From IMG/VR virus record IMGVR_UViG_3300027764_000024, positions 1 through 29,580 of that record: 29,580 nucleotides of DNA. One strand, written 5' to 3'. Positions 11,894-21,881 of the stretch are shown piece after piece. A model generated the notes under the pieces. That model was not told the origin of the DNA. It was given only the letters and a program-made list of their open reading frames with translations, and did no database searches. Source of the DNA: a virus (taxonomy: Duplodnaviria; Caudoviricetes). The translations under genes were made by a program, and so were the position numbers. Positions within the stretch are counted from its first letter, which is position 1; each line of letters opens with the position of its first letter.

Positions 11894-12652
11894 ATGCAAA
11901 AGATTGAAATTCCAACTAACTGCCCCGCTTGCTCATATAAACTACAACTCATTAACGCTCAGTTATTTTGTCGTAATACAGCTTGCTCTGCTCAGTTGGG
12001 AAAGAAACTTGAGCATTTTTGTAAAGTTTTACAGATCAAAGGTTTTGGCCCTAAGACTATCGAGAAGCTAAACTTAGCAGACATTACAGAAATCTTCTAT
12101 CTTGATAGAGACCATGTTGTTGATGCATTAGGAGCTAAAGTAGCCGATAAGCTATTAGATGAGATCGAAAGAGCCAAGTCAGCTGACCTAGCCACTGTTA
12201 TTGCTTCATTCTCCATACCTCTTGTAGGTGGAACAGCCTCAGGCAAGATAGCAGCAGTAGTTAGTTCAATTGACGAAATTACTCAGGAAACTTGCAAGAT
12301 AGCAGGTCTAGGTGAAAAGGTTACAGCTAATCTATTAGAATGGGTTAGTTTTGAGTACCCAGAAATGAAAGAGTTCCTTCCTTTTTCATTCAAAACAAAA
12401 GTTCAAGTAGCGGACATAAATGCAAAACGTGTTTGTATTACTGGTAAATTAAAGTCCTTCAAGAAGAAAGCCGACGCTGAGAGTATTCTCCTAGCAGCAG
12501 GTTTCATTCTAGTAGATTCTGTAACCAAAACTACAGATTTTCTAGTGGACGAAGAAGGCAAAATGTCAAGTAAAAGAGAAAAAGCCGTTCAATACGGTAT
12601 CACAATTATAACTGATCTAAACGATCTACTGAAAGAAAATACAAATGACTGA
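11894..12652 (+). CDS. ligB: NAD+-dependent DNA ligase, subunit B (Zn finger, HhH, BRCT)
   Basis: CPAC...C.N..C, IKGFGPK, IP.VG, ITGKL...SVTK.TDFLV. T5-type split ligase. Confidence 0.93.
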   Translation: MQKIEIPTNCPACSYKLQLINAQLFCRNTACSAQLGKKLEHFCKVLQIKGFGPKTIEKLNLADITEIFYLDRDHVVDALGAKVADKLLDEIERAKSADLATVIASFSIPLVGGTASGKIAAVVSSIDEITQETCKIAGLGEKVTANLLEWVSFEYPEMKEFLPFSFKTKVQVADINAKRVCITGKLKSFKKKADAESILLAAGFILVDSVTKTTDFLVDEEGKMSSKREKAVQYGITIITDLNDLLKENTND

Positions 12653-13388
12653 AAAAGCTAAAAAATGGTCTGACGAAACTGTTGCACAACTCCTGTCTAT
12701 CGCAGGAACTGCAAACCCAGTGAGTGTCTCGCTGGTTGAGCAAGCAGCCGAAGCCTTGGGCGTAACCGTACGTTCCGTTGCTTCCAAACTGCGTCAACTA
12801 GACCGTGAAGTTGCTTCAATGGCAAAAGAAAAAGTTTCTGCATTCACCCCTGAACAAGGTGAGGCTTTGCAAGCATTCGTTGGCCGCAATGCCGGTGAAA
12901 TGACTTACAAAGATATCGCTGAAAACTTCCAAGGCGGAACCTTTAGTGCTAAACAAATTCAAGGCAAGTTGCTTGCTCTTGAGTTGACTGGTAGCGTTAA
13001 GCCTGCTGAAAAAGTAGAAGCTGCACGTACTTACTCAGAAGCAGAAGAGACCACTTTTATCAAGATGGCTCAAGCTGGTAAGTTTATCGAAGAAATCGCT
13101 GTTACTCTTGGTAAGAGCATCCCTAGTGTTCGTGGTAAGGCTTTGAGCCTAACACGTAAGAATCAGATCGACAAGATTCCAGCACAAAAAGATAGCCATG
13201 CCAAGAATACTGTTGATCCAGTTGTTGCACTCGGTGCTGCCATCGCTACGATGACAGTTGCTGAAATTGCACTTGCTGTTGACAAGACAGAACGCGGTTT
13301 GAAGACTTTGCTTACACGTCGCGGTATCGCAGTTAAAGACTACGATGGCGCTGCAAAGAAAGCTAAAGCAGAAGCTAAAGCAGCTTAA
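12645..13388 (+). CDS. D5: T5 D5-like DNA-binding protein
   Basis: Repeated HTH-like units (RSVASKLR, IQGKLL.LELTG, SVRGKALSL, RG.KT.L.RRG...DYDG), located after the ligase. Confidence 0.85.
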   Translation: MTEKAKKWSDETVAQLLSIAGTANPVSVSLVEQAAEALGVTVRSVASKLRQLDREVASMAKEKVSAFTPEQGEALQAFVGRNAGEMTYKDIAENFQGGTFSAKQIQGKLLALELTGSVKPAEKVEAARTYSEAEETTFIKMAQAGKFIEEIAVTLGKSIPSVRGKALSLTRKNQIDKIPAQKDSHAKNTVDPVVALGAAIATMTVAEIALAVDKTERGLKTLLTRRGIAVKDYDGAAKKAKAEAKAA

Positions 13389-13404
13389 TCTAAAAGATTA
13401 ATTT

Positions 13405-13438
13405 AGGCCGGGAGTTATAAGTAGCTCCTGGCCTTTTT
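13405..13438 (+). terminator. Rho-independent terminator
   Basis: AGGCCGGGAGTTA-TAAG-TAGCTCCTGGCCT-TTTT. Confidence 0.88.
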
Positions 13439-13449
13439 CAGTTTATACT

Positions 13450-13749
13450 ATGAAAATTACACTTACATATTTTGATGATGAGTCCTTCACTAGAGAAGAA
13501 GTAGTCAAACAAGCAGTGCATAACTATGGCAAGGCCGTAGACATTCAGATCATGCCTTCTTCGACTAAACCACATGACCTAATTTACTTTGGGCTACAAC
13601 AAATTATTACGCATGAACAGTTAGGTTTGTTGTATGACGACAAACTTGGGTATCAGGCTAGTATCCAGAAACTTCGTAATGAGACCCTTTACAAGATAGA
13701 GGAAATCTTGTCACAGGTTATTATTGATAACGAAAGTAAGGTAGAGTAA
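13450..13749 (+). CDS. Hypothetical protein
   Basis: 99 aa, TAATG coupling to the helicase. Confidence 0.8.
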   Translation: MKITLTYFDDESFTREEVVKQAVHNYGKAVDIQIMPSSTKPHDLIYFGLQQIITHEQLGLLYDDKLGYQASIQKLRNETLYKIEEILSQVIIDNESKVE

Positions 13750-15143
13750 TGGATATCAGCGCAGTTGTCTTAAATAAGTTATTACTTGAAAAGAACTTAG
13801 ATGTTTGGGCTAAGCTCAAGCTCGCCTTTCTAGACCCTGCCTATTCCTCCGTATATAGCCTAATTACTAGGCACTATGACAAGCATAGTACTATACCATC
13901 GTTCGATGACTTAGAAGCTACAGCTAGGGAGGGGTTAGCGCAGAAGACTTTAGCCACTCTTAAGCTAATTGATGAAACCGATGTTTCAGCAGAAGTAGCA
14001 TTAGATGCTCTTATTGACCAATACACTCAAAATCAGTGTATTCTATTACTAGATAAGTTTATTGATAAACTACCAGTATATGACTCAACAGAGATCAAAG
14101 AAAATTTAGCGGGTATTGTACTAACCTTAGATGAAAAAACTCTCACTACTGAGGGTGTGTATACCATGAGCGATATCATGGTTTTCGTTCGTCCGGACTT
14201 ATTGGCTAAAAGTCGAGTTCATCTTGGACTTAATAACACTTTCGATAGCGTACTGGGTGGCGTTGCTAGGCAAGAGCTTATACTCATTGGCGGTAAGCGT
14301 GGCTCAGGTAAGTCTATTACGTGTAGTAACGTAATGATTAATCAGTATGAGGCTGGAAATGCTTCGATCTATTTCACAATTGAAATGGAAGCCCATGAGA
14401 CACTACAGCGAAATATTAGTATTCTATCGAACGTAAACCACCAGAATCTTAAAAATGGTACTCTAACGGATGATGAACTACTAAAAGTTATTAAGTGTCG
14501 TGCAGGTATGTATACCGATGCCGATCACTTGGTAAAAGAGTTTGTTAAAGATAGGGATCGCTACAAGTTTGAAGAAACTCTAGTACGTGAGTGTGCTCTC
14601 AAAGAAAATAATCAAATGGTTATTATTGATGATCGTGCTCTTAGCTTAACTAGTATCGACCTACACTTAGGTAAAATGAAAGCACGCTTCGGTGATAAAT
14701 TCACTGTAGCTGTTATTGATTACCTTAACCAGATCGTTGTTGAAGGTGCGTCACAGTTTGATTGGCAGCCGCAGATCGTAATCTCTAAGAAACTTAAAGA
14801 GCTTGCCCGTAAGTACGATATTGTTATGGTTTCTCCATATCAGATTGACGACAAAGGCGAAACACGCTTTGCTAAAGGTATTCTTGATGCAGCAGATATT
14901 GCTTTGTTGATGGAAGCTAACGCTAAAGAAGATAACGCAATGAGTTTCGAAACTACTAAGATTCGTGGTGCTAAAGAGATGAAATTCACTAGTGGCATGG
15001 ACTGGGATACTTTACGTATTAGCCCTGTATCTATGGAGAAACCGGCTGCTCCTGAGAAAGAGAAGCCAAAAGATAAAATGAGGCGCGCAGGCGCTGAGAC
15101 TGTCCCCGCTGAAGGGGCTTCTGACCTACCTTGGAATACATAA
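13749..15143 (+). CDS. D6: DnaB-like replicative helicase (T5 D6)
   Basis: Walker A GKRGSGKS, YFTIEM, IDYLN, SPYQ, RFAKGILDAAD. Confidence 0.92.
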   Translation: MDISAVVLNKLLLEKNLDVWAKLKLAFLDPAYSSVYSLITRHYDKHSTIPSFDDLEATAREGLAQKTLATLKLIDETDVSAEVALDALIDQYTQNQCILLLDKFIDKLPVYDSTEIKENLAGIVLTLDEKTLTTEGVYTMSDIMVFVRPDLLAKSRVHLGLNNTFDSVLGGVARQELILIGGKRGSGKSITCSNVMINQYEAGNASIYFTIEMEAHETLQRNISILSNVNHQNLKNGTLTDDELLKVIKCRAGMYTDADHLVKEFVKDRDRYKFEETLVRECALKENNQMVIIDDRALSLTSIDLHLGKMKARFGDKFTVAVIDYLNQIVVEGASQFDWQPQIVISKKLKELARKYDIVMVSPYQIDDKGETRFAKGILDAADIALLMEANAKEDNAMSFETTKIRGAKEMKFTSGMDWDTLRISPVSMEKPAAPEKEKPKDKMRRAGAETVPAEGASDLPWNT

Positions 15144-15994
15144 TGAGTGACCCAGTACTTGAACTATTAAAAGATAAAGGCGTACCTTTCTCTATATCGG
15201 GCAAGGACTACGTTACTAAGTGTTTTAACCCAGAGCACAACGACTCTAACCCTAGCTTCCGTATTGACAAGTCCACAGGCATAGCACATTGCTTTAGCTG
15301 TGGATTTAAGACTAACATTTTTAAGTTCTACGGACTACTAACTAATAATATCTCGATTCGTATCGTTAAGTTGAAAAACAAGTTAAAAGCTCTCCAGGAG
15401 AGTACAAATGGACTTGATCCGCTTGACGGCGCCAAACCGATGACTTCTACATTCCGTAATATTAGTGTTCAAACACTGAAGCACTTCGGGGCATTTGAGA
15501 CGGATAGGGTAGAGCAGATGCTAGACAGGATTGTCTTTCCTATCACAGATATTCGACAGAAAACTGTTGCGTATGTGGGTAGGCACTCGATGAGTAATGG
15601 TAATCCTAGGTATGTTAATTATCCTGCAGGCGCTAGTTTACCTTTATTCCCTACCCGCTTTCAAGAACAACATACAAATATAGTATTAGTAGAAGGCATA
15701 TTCGATATGCTTAATTGCTACGATAAAGGGCTGCACAACGTAGTGTGTACCTTTGGCACTTCTAAGTTGTTAAATGAAGTATCTGATAAGATGCTTAGTT
15801 ATAAAGTAATGGGTATTGAAAAGGTATTTATTCTATATGACGGAGATGAGGCAGGACGTGAAGCGGCTAAAAAGATTAAGCCTCTAATTGAAGAAGCGGG
15901 GTTCATAGTAGAAATTATTAACTTGCCGCAAGACACTGATCCTGGTATAATTACACAAGAAGACGTTGATTCACTAATAGAATATACTAAATGA
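15143..15994 (+). CDS. DnaG-like DNA primase
   Basis: C.NPEH.D..PS...HCFSCG zinc domain, TOPRIM VEG.FD and YDGD.AG. TAATG-coupled ATG at 15143. Confidence 0.93.
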   Translation: MSDPVLELLKDKGVPFSISGKDYVTKCFNPEHNDSNPSFRIDKSTGIAHCFSCGFKTNIFKFYGLLTNNISIRIVKLKNKLKALQESTNGLDPLDGAKPMTSTFRNISVQTLKHFGAFETDRVEQMLDRIVFPITDIRQKTVAYVGRHSMSNGNPRYVNYPAGASLPLFPTRFQEQHTNIVLVEGIFDMLNCYDKGLHNVVCTFGTSKLLNEVSDKMLSYKVMGIEKVFILYDGDEAGREAAKKIKPLIEEAGFIVEIINLPQDTDPGIITQEDVDSLIEYTK

Positions 15995-18273
15995 AAATTG
16001 CAATTATTGATAAAGCTCCCTCAAGAAATAAGTATGAAACATACTTTAAGTTTGAGTACGAGCTATTCCATATGTCTCAGGTTCCAATTACTAAGCTACT
16101 CAAGAAAGATGTAGACTTAGATATTGATCTTGAACCGTATGACTTCGTTATTCTAGTAGGTTCCGAAGCTGCTAAAGAGTACGCTAAGATTACCTCAATT
16201 ACTAATTATGCCGGTCAGCTAATGCACGATAAGTTTATCTGTATTAGTAATCCAGCTATGCTTCACTTCAAGCCAGAAGGTAAGCCAGACTTTCAACGTG
16301 CTGTAGATCGTATCCACAAGTACATTGAAGGCTCACTTACGAGTGCAAAAGCCACCGGAGACTACTTAGGTATCCTTAACAGTGCTAAGGCACTTACTTT
16401 CCTGACAGAAGTTTATGAAAATGCCGAAGGCTTTGTAGCATGGGATACTGAGACAACTTGTCTATACCCTCGTGATGGTTATGTGCTAGGTCTTTCTATG
16501 AGTTATAAATCGAAGCATGGTGCTTATATTAGTACCGATTGCCTAGACGAAGAATGTATGGATATGCTAGTAAAGATCATTGGTAAGTACCATGCCGTAT
16601 TTCATAATATGAAGTTCGACATTAAAATGATCGAGTATCATCTTGGACTAAAGTTTGATCGTAGTCGTGTTCATGATACTATGCTAATGCACTATACATT
16701 AGATGAGAATGACTCCCACGGCTTGAAGCCTCTGGCTTTAAAATATACGGATTATGGTGATTATGACTCGGAACTAGACGCTTTCAAGAAGCAGTATTGT
16801 GCATCTAATGGAGTTTCCACAGATGACTTTACTTATGATCTTATCCCGTTTGATGTAATCTCTAAGTATGCTGCAATTGATACTGCCGTTACTATTGACC
16901 TGTTTCATAAGTTCTGGCCTAATGTGCAGAAAAATCTGAAGCTACTCAATGTCTATAATACATTGTTAATACCTGGTACTCTATTCCTAATGGATATGGA
17001 AGAAGTAGGTATTCCAATTGATAAAGAACGTATGGCCGCCGCCGAGGTTTACCTTGATAAGTGGATTCTAGAAGCAAAACAGGAAGTATACGCTTTCCAA
17101 GCAGTAAAAGATTTTGAAGCCGATGCGGGAATTATATTTAATCCAAACTCCGTCCAACAGTTGCGCAAAGTACTATTTGACTATGTTAAACTTACACCAA
17201 CGGGTAAGAAAACAGGAACCGGAGCAATTTCCACAGACGTTGAAGTTCTTACCGAACTTTCAGAAGAACACCCTTTACCAGCAGCTATTCTCAAAGTACG
17301 GCAGCTTGGTAAGATTAAAAACACATATATTAGTAAGATTTTACCAGAGTTAGACAAAGATGCGCGAATTAGAACAAATTTTAATCTTATTTTTACCACA
17401 TCTGGGCGCTTATCTAGCTCAGGTAAGTTTAATGCGCAACAAATTCCACGAGACGATCCAATTATTAAAGGATGTATCCGAGCCCCCGATGGTTATAAGA
17501 TAGTATCTCAAGACTTGCAAACCGCAGAGATGTACTATGCAGCTGTTCTATCGGGTGATAAGAATCTTCAACAAGTATTCATTAGTGGTGGTGACTTTCA
17601 CAGTACTATTGCTAAGATGGTTTTCGACTTGATCTGTAACGTAGAGGATGTTAAGAATCTATTTGGTTCTATGCGTCAATCTGCTAAAGCAATTTCATTC
17701 GGTATTCTGTACGGCTCTGGCCCACAGAAAGTTTCTGATACAGTTAGTAAGGCAACAGGGGAATATTATGGTATCGATAGAGCAAAGGATGATATTAAAT
17801 CCTACTTCGATAAGTTTAGCAAGCTTAAAGGATGGCTTAAATCTCGTAAAGAGTTCATTGAAGCTAATGGGTATACTTATAGCTTCTTTGGTCGTAAGCG
17901 TAGGCTTATCAATGTCTTTAGCTCTGACAAAGGGATCGCTGCCCACGAGGTTAGATCCGGAATTAATGCTGAAATCCAGTCAATTGCCTCCGACGTAAAT
18001 CTATTAGCCGCGATTGATACTGCTGATGAAATCTCAGCAAAAGGTCTAGACGCTAAAATCTTTATGTTAGTACATGACTCAATCGTCGCTTTAGTGAAGG
18101 ATGAGGATGTAGACCAGTATTGCGAGATTATTTCTAGAAATACAAAGAAAGACCGTGGGTGCTCTATTAAAGGCGCTCCTATCGGTATTGACCAAGAAAT
18201 CGGACAGGACTATAGCTTTGGAAAATTTGATAAACGCTACGAGCTTGTCGGAGATTGTCTTTCCCGTATTTAA
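15991..18273 (+). CDS. Family A DNA polymerase with 3'-5' exonuclease (T5-type)
   Basis: DTETT, HN.KFD, YAAID, TSGRLSS, DLQTAE, RQSAKAISFGILYG and VHDS motifs, T5-like N-terminus. Confidence 0.97.
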   Translation: MKIAIIDKAPSRNKYETYFKFEYELFHMSQVPITKLLKKDVDLDIDLEPYDFVILVGSEAAKEYAKITSITNYAGQLMHDKFICISNPAMLHFKPEGKPDFQRAVDRIHKYIEGSLTSAKATGDYLGILNSAKALTFLTEVYENAEGFVAWDTETTCLYPRDGYVLGLSMSYKSKHGAYISTDCLDEECMDMLVKIIGKYHAVFHNMKFDIKMIEYHLGLKFDRSRVHDTMLMHYTLDENDSHGLKPLALKYTDYGDYDSELDAFKKQYCASNGVSTDDFTYDLIPFDVISKYAAIDTAVTIDLFHKFWPNVQKNLKLLNVYNTLLIPGTLFLMDMEEVGIPIDKERMAAAEVYLDKWILEAKQEVYAFQAVKDFEADAGIIFNPNSVQQLRKVLFDYVKLTPTGKKTGTGAISTDVEVLTELSEEHPLPAAILKVRQLGKIKNTYISKILPELDKDARIRTNFNLIFTTSGRLSSSGKFNAQQIPRDDPIIKGCIRAPDGYKIVSQDLQTAEMYYAAVLSGDKNLQQVFISGGDFHSTIAKMVFDLICNVEDVKNLFGSMRQSAKAISFGILYGSGPQKVSDTVSKATGEYYGIDRAKDDIKSYFDKFSKLKGWLKSRKEFIEANGYTYSFFGRKRRLINVFSSDKGIAAHEVRSGINAEIQSIASDVNLLAAIDTADEISAKGLDAKIFMLVHDSIVALVKDEDVDQYCEIISRNTKKDRGCSIKGAPIGIDQEIGQDYSFGKFDKRYELVGDCLSRI

Positions 18274-18778
18274 GATTGGTATTCACAAGCCCATTGTAGA
18301 AGGTGGGCTTGTGTTCTACTACCAAGAATTTGAGATTGAAACAAGCGAAGACACGATCACAGGTAGCCGCTATAAAGTAGTAGATGATCGAAATGTCGAA
18401 GGTGAGACGCTAGCAAGGCGGAGACTAAAGCTATCTGTCGATGAAGTACCATTAGCTAAGATTAGCAATGCCATGTACTTCTTAGGTGACCTCATTAAGT
18501 TAGGTGACCCTAAACTGTGGTTTATTGATAGTTCTGGTAAAGTCTTTAACTATAAGCGTAGTACTCGTGCTAAGCTAAAGTTTCATAGGATTAGTCAGTT
18601 GATACCAATTCCCACAGGCGGAGTAATTATTCAAGTTGAGGGCGAGGTACAGCGTTTCAAAAGCCTGTACGCTCCTCTTAGCGATAAGACACACGCAGGT
18701 GTACTACACTATGGCCAGAGTCGCGTATTTTACGGGTTCTATGACCAAGCGTATGATGAAACATGGAGATTAGTGTGA
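18218..18778 (+). CDS. T5-like conserved hypothetical protein downstream of the polymerase
   Basis: FPVF, DD.N..G..L..RR and FIDS.G..F.Y motifs. TTG start after AGGA is inferred. Confidence 0.8.
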   Translation: MENLINATSLSEIVFPVFKIGIHKPIVEGGLVFYYQEFEIETSEDTITGSRYKVVDDRNVEGETLARRRLKLSVDEVPLAKISNAMYFLGDLIKLGDPKLWFIDSSGKVFNYKRSTRAKLKFHRISQLIPIPTGGVIIQVEGEVQRFKSLYAPLSDKTHAGVLHYGQSRVFYGFYDQAYDETWRLV

Positions 18779-18948
18779 AACACGACTTTGAAACAGAAGA
18801 ACAATCCGACGCATTTTACGTATTCCTAGAAGCTACGAGCGAACATAGGCAGAAGTTTAGAAATGCTTTTGCACATAACGAGTTAGAGTGGGAGGCTTTT
18901 CAAGCTGGCTGGAATGCTGCTAAAGACTTCTTTGGGGTAGATAAATGA
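18775..18948 (+). CDS. Small hypothetical protein (WEAFQAGWNAA)
   Basis: GTGA overlap, GGAG upstream. Confidence 0.65.
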   Translation: MKHDFETEEQSDAFYVFLEATSEHRQKFRNAFAHNELEWEAFQAGWNAAKDFFGVDK

Positions 18949-19103
18949 TAGATCGCTGGCTATGGCTAAGAGCGTACCGTAAAGACTTGGAGAAGGGTAT
19001 TGAAGAACCACGTATCCGAGCAGAGTTTATCCTACGATATAACTCTAACAGATTTTGGTGGATGAAGGAGCTTAAGTATGAGAACAATCATTGCAGGCGG
19101 TAG
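18945..19103 (+). CDS. Small hypothetical protein, 52 aa
   Basis: ATGA overlap, fills the gap. Not in the track. Confidence 0.55.
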   Translation: MIDRWLWLRAYRKDLEKGIEEPRIRAEFILRYNSNRFWWMKELKYENNHCRR

Positions 19104-19425
19104 AACCGTATTCGACCCTAAACTGTTAGAACTTGCGATTGCAGAATGTGGTTGGCATATCACTACAGTTATATGTGGTGGTGCAGCCGGTGCTGATTAC
19201 TTAGGTAAACAGTGGGCAATAGCTAATAATATTCCGGTCGAAGAGTTTCCCGCAGATTGGGCTAAGTATAGTCGAGCTGCTGGTATGTATCGTAATGCTC
19301 AGATGGCCGAGTCGGCTGACGCTCTCATAGCCCTATGGGATAGCGAGAGTAAAGGTACGGCTAATATGATTACTAATGCACGTAGATGCAAACTTAAAAT
19401 ACACGTACACCTAGTTAAGGATTGA
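19078..19425 (+). CDS. DUF2493/SLOG-superfamily nucleotide-binding protein
   Basis: IIAGGR, GGA.GAD, PADW..Y..AAG..RN..M and WD..SKGT..MI motifs, AAGGAG RBS. Confidence 0.88.
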   Translation: MRTIIAGGRTVFDPKLLELAIAECGWHITTVICGGAAGADYLGKQWAIANNIPVEEFPADWAKYSRAAGMYRNAQMAESADALIALWDSESKGTANMITNARRCKLKIHVHLVKD

Positions 19426-20718
19426 ATGGCTAAAGCGATATTATCAAACCGTATTTATTTGGATGTTACCCCCGAGTTAACGTCATCGTTAATCCGTGCG
19501 CTAACTTACAAAATTAAAAAAAATATCCCTGGTGCTACTCACTTCAGTCAATTTGAAATTATTAAAAATTACAAATTAATTGGTAAAACTGTTATGTCTA
19601 TTCCAATAGGCAGACCTGATCTAATCCCTGTAGGGTTTGAAATCATTGATAAACGGACTTTACATGAATTGCCATTTCCGACTCCAAAATTGGAAATGTT
19701 GCCAGCACAGCAAATTGTGTACGATGCCGTTGATGATATGTGTTTTATTAATGCTATGGTTGGCTGGGGTAAGACCTTTTGTGCTTTGCATATCGCTAGA
19801 AAGCTAGGGCAGAAGACATTAGTCGTGTGCCACAACACTATGCTACGTGACCAGTGGGCTGATGAAGTTGAAAAACTTTATGGGATGCCTGTTGGTATCA
19901 TAGGCTCTGGTAAGTTCGATATTGACCATAGTATCGTAATCGGTAATATCCAGACTCTTACTAAGATTATCCCTAAGATTAGTAAAGAATTTGGTACTAT
20001 TATCGTAGACGAGGCGCATCACTGTCCTGCTAGTACTTTCATGACTTTCATTGATGGTATGTATGCTAGGTATAAGATTGGCCTTAGTGGTACTATGATT
20101 CGTAAAGATGGGAAACACGTACTTTTCAAAGACTTCTTTGGTCATAAAGTACATCAACCTCCTGCTAGTAATACTATGACACCTAGTGTGCGTATTGTGA
20201 AGACAGGAATTTCCCTGGCACAGGGCGAGCCTTGGGTCAAGAAGATGAATATCTTATTGTATGATCCTGATTATCAGAAGTTTATTGCCCATGCTGCGCG
20301 TATGCAAATGGAAAAAGGCCACAAGGTCTTAGTTATTGCTGATAGAGTAGAATTTTTACAAAACGTAGGAGAATTAATTGGTGACTCGTGTGTGTGCATT
20401 ACTGGTGGTACAACCTATGAAGAACGTACTGAACTCAAGCGTCAAATTGAATCCGGCGAAAAAAGTTGCATTGCTGGAAGCAGGCAGATCTTTTCCGAAG
20501 GTATCTCCGTTAATATCCTTAGCTGCGTAATTTTAGCTGCGCCAATCGCCAACGACGCGCTGCTAGAGCAAATCGTTGGTCGTATCATGCGTAATCATGA
20601 AAATAAGTTAGAACCTCTAGTTCTTGATATGAATTTTAGTGGTGGTAGCGATAGGAAACAGAACAAGGACAGACAAGCATTCTATGCGCGTAAAGGCTGG
20701 ACAGTAGTAGGAGCGTAA
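19426..20718 (+). CDS. D10: Superfamily 2 branch-migration helicase (T5 D10)
   Basis: GWGKT, DEAH, LSGT..RKDG, SEGIS and Q..GR..R motifs. Confidence 0.93.
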   Translation: MAKAILSNRIYLDVTPELTSSLIRALTYKIKKNIPGATHFSQFEIIKNYKLIGKTVMSIPIGRPDLIPVGFEIIDKRTLHELPFPTPKLEMLPAQQIVYDAVDDMCFINAMVGWGKTFCALHIARKLGQKTLVVCHNTMLRDQWADEVEKLYGMPVGIIGSGKFDIDHSIVIGNIQTLTKIIPKISKEFGTIIVDEAHHCPASTFMTFIDGMYARYKIGLSGTMIRKDGKHVLFKDFFGHKVHQPPASNTMTPSVRIVKTGISLAQGEPWVKKMNILLYDPDYQKFIAHAARMQMEKGHKVLVIADRVEFLQNVGELIGDSCVCITGGTTYEERTELKRQIESGEKSCIAGSRQIFSEGISVNILSCVILAAPIANDALLEQIVGRIMRNHENKLEPLVLDMNFSGGSDRKQNKDRQAFYARKGWTVVGA

Positions 20719-20740
20719 GTAAGGCAACGAAAATTTACGC

Positions 20741-20769
20741 TTGCGATAGTGTGCAAATTTTGATATAAT
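20741..20769 (+). promoter_or_regulatory. sigma70-type promoter
   Basis: TTGCGA-17 nt-TATAAT. Confidence 0.7.
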
Positions 20770-20789
20770 AGATGTTCTCCAAAGGCATT

Positions 20790-21164
20790 ATGACTTTATT
20801 TTTTAACTTGATAACTTTAGAAGCGCAAGCAGGTACAGACTCTAATAAGTTTATGACAATGCTCGAGTATCACTACTCGAAACGTCTTCCTAGTAAGTAT
20901 TCAAAGTATAAACCAAGTAAAGTCTCCTTAGCAGGTAGTAGCTTCTTATTGAACCCTGTTGATTTGTTTAACGATAAGTCAACAGATATTCTTTATAAGC
21001 TACAATATGTTAAGTTAGCTGCACGGAGAGACTATAGCTTTTATAAGCAATATCATAGCAAAGCACTACAGTTGTCGTATTATCCAGATATAGTACTTTC
21101 AGCGATAAAACATAATCCGTTATTAATTATAACACAATCAGAAATACTCTTTAAATATGAGTAG
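20790..21164 (+). CDS. T5-like conserved protein between D10 and D11
   Basis: L.G.SFLLN, QY..LA..R.Y and NPLL.....I.FKYE motifs. ATG 20790 after AAGG. Confidence 0.8.
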   Translation: MTLFFNLITLEAQAGTDSNKFMTMLEYHYSKRLPSKYSKYKPSKVSLAGSSFLLNPVDLFNDKSTDILYKLQYVKLAARRDYSFYKQYHSKALQLSYYPDIVLSAIKHNPLLIITQSEILFKYE

Positions 21165-21194
21165 TATTCTTTAATAGAAATCAAAAAGGCAAAT

Positions 21195-21830
21195 ATGGCA
21201 TTAGCATTCACAGCAACTAAAGGTAAAGCAGTTAAGAATTCGTTTGAGTCTTACGCTTACAAAGATGGCGAAAACACAGTTCGTATCGTTGGAGGTATTC
21301 TTCCCCGCTATGTATACTGGTTGAAAGGCAGCAATAATAAAGATATTCCAGTTGAGTGCTTGGCATTCGACCGTGAAAAAGAAAAATTCACAAACGCAGA
21401 AGTTGATCACGTACCTGCCTACTTCCCTGATAAGAAGTGCTCATGGAGCTACAGCGTTAATGCTCTAGTTGATGGTAAAGTAGTAGTGCTGAACTTGAAG
21501 AAGAAATTGTTTGAGCAGATCTGCTCCGCAGCAGAAGACCTTGGCGACCCTACTAGCCCTTCCGAGGGTTGGGATGTTGTGTTCAAGCGTCAGAAGACTG
21601 GCCCACTGCCATTCAATGTTGAGTACACACTCTCAGTATTGCGTTGCAAGAAACGTGCTCTTTCAGAAGCCGAATTGGCTGCTGTTGCAGAAGCAGTTAC
21701 CATTGATGCTAAATTCATCCGTGCTACCCCTGAAGAAGTAAAAACGACTCTAGATCGTATTACTTCTGGTGCAGAAGATGAAGCAGCCGAAGGTACTGAT
21801 GCAGAGTCCGTTGCCGATCTTTCAGCTTAA
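21195..21830 (+). CDS. D11: ssDNA-binding protein (T5 D11)
   Basis: LPRY.YW, VECL.F.R.KE.F, LKKK, KTGPL..NVEY, acidic C-terminal tail. Confidence 0.88.
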   Translation: MALAFTATKGKAVKNSFESYAYKDGENTVRIVGGILPRYVYWLKGSNNKDIPVECLAFDREKEKFTNAEVDHVPAYFPDKKCSWSYSVNALVDGKVVVLNLKKKLFEQICSAAEDLGDPTSPSEGWDVVFKRQKTGPLPFNVEYTLSVLRCKKRALSEAELAAVAEAVTIDAKFIRATPEEVKTTLDRITSGAEDEAAEGTDAESVADLSA

Positions 21831-21838
21831 TTAACAGC

Positions 21839-21870
21839 AGCCCCTACGTAGAAATATGTGGGGGCTTTTT
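21839..21870 (+). terminator. Rho-independent terminator
   Basis: AGCCCCTACGTA-GAAA-TATGTGGGGGCT-TTTT. Confidence 0.85.
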
Positions 21871-21881
21871 GCACTATAAAA

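Noticed and set aside
10851-12652. Split ligase as pseudogene, frameshift or intron
   Set aside because: A two-subunit NAD+ ligase is the normal T5 arrangement. The split falls at a domain boundary and each part has its own promoter.
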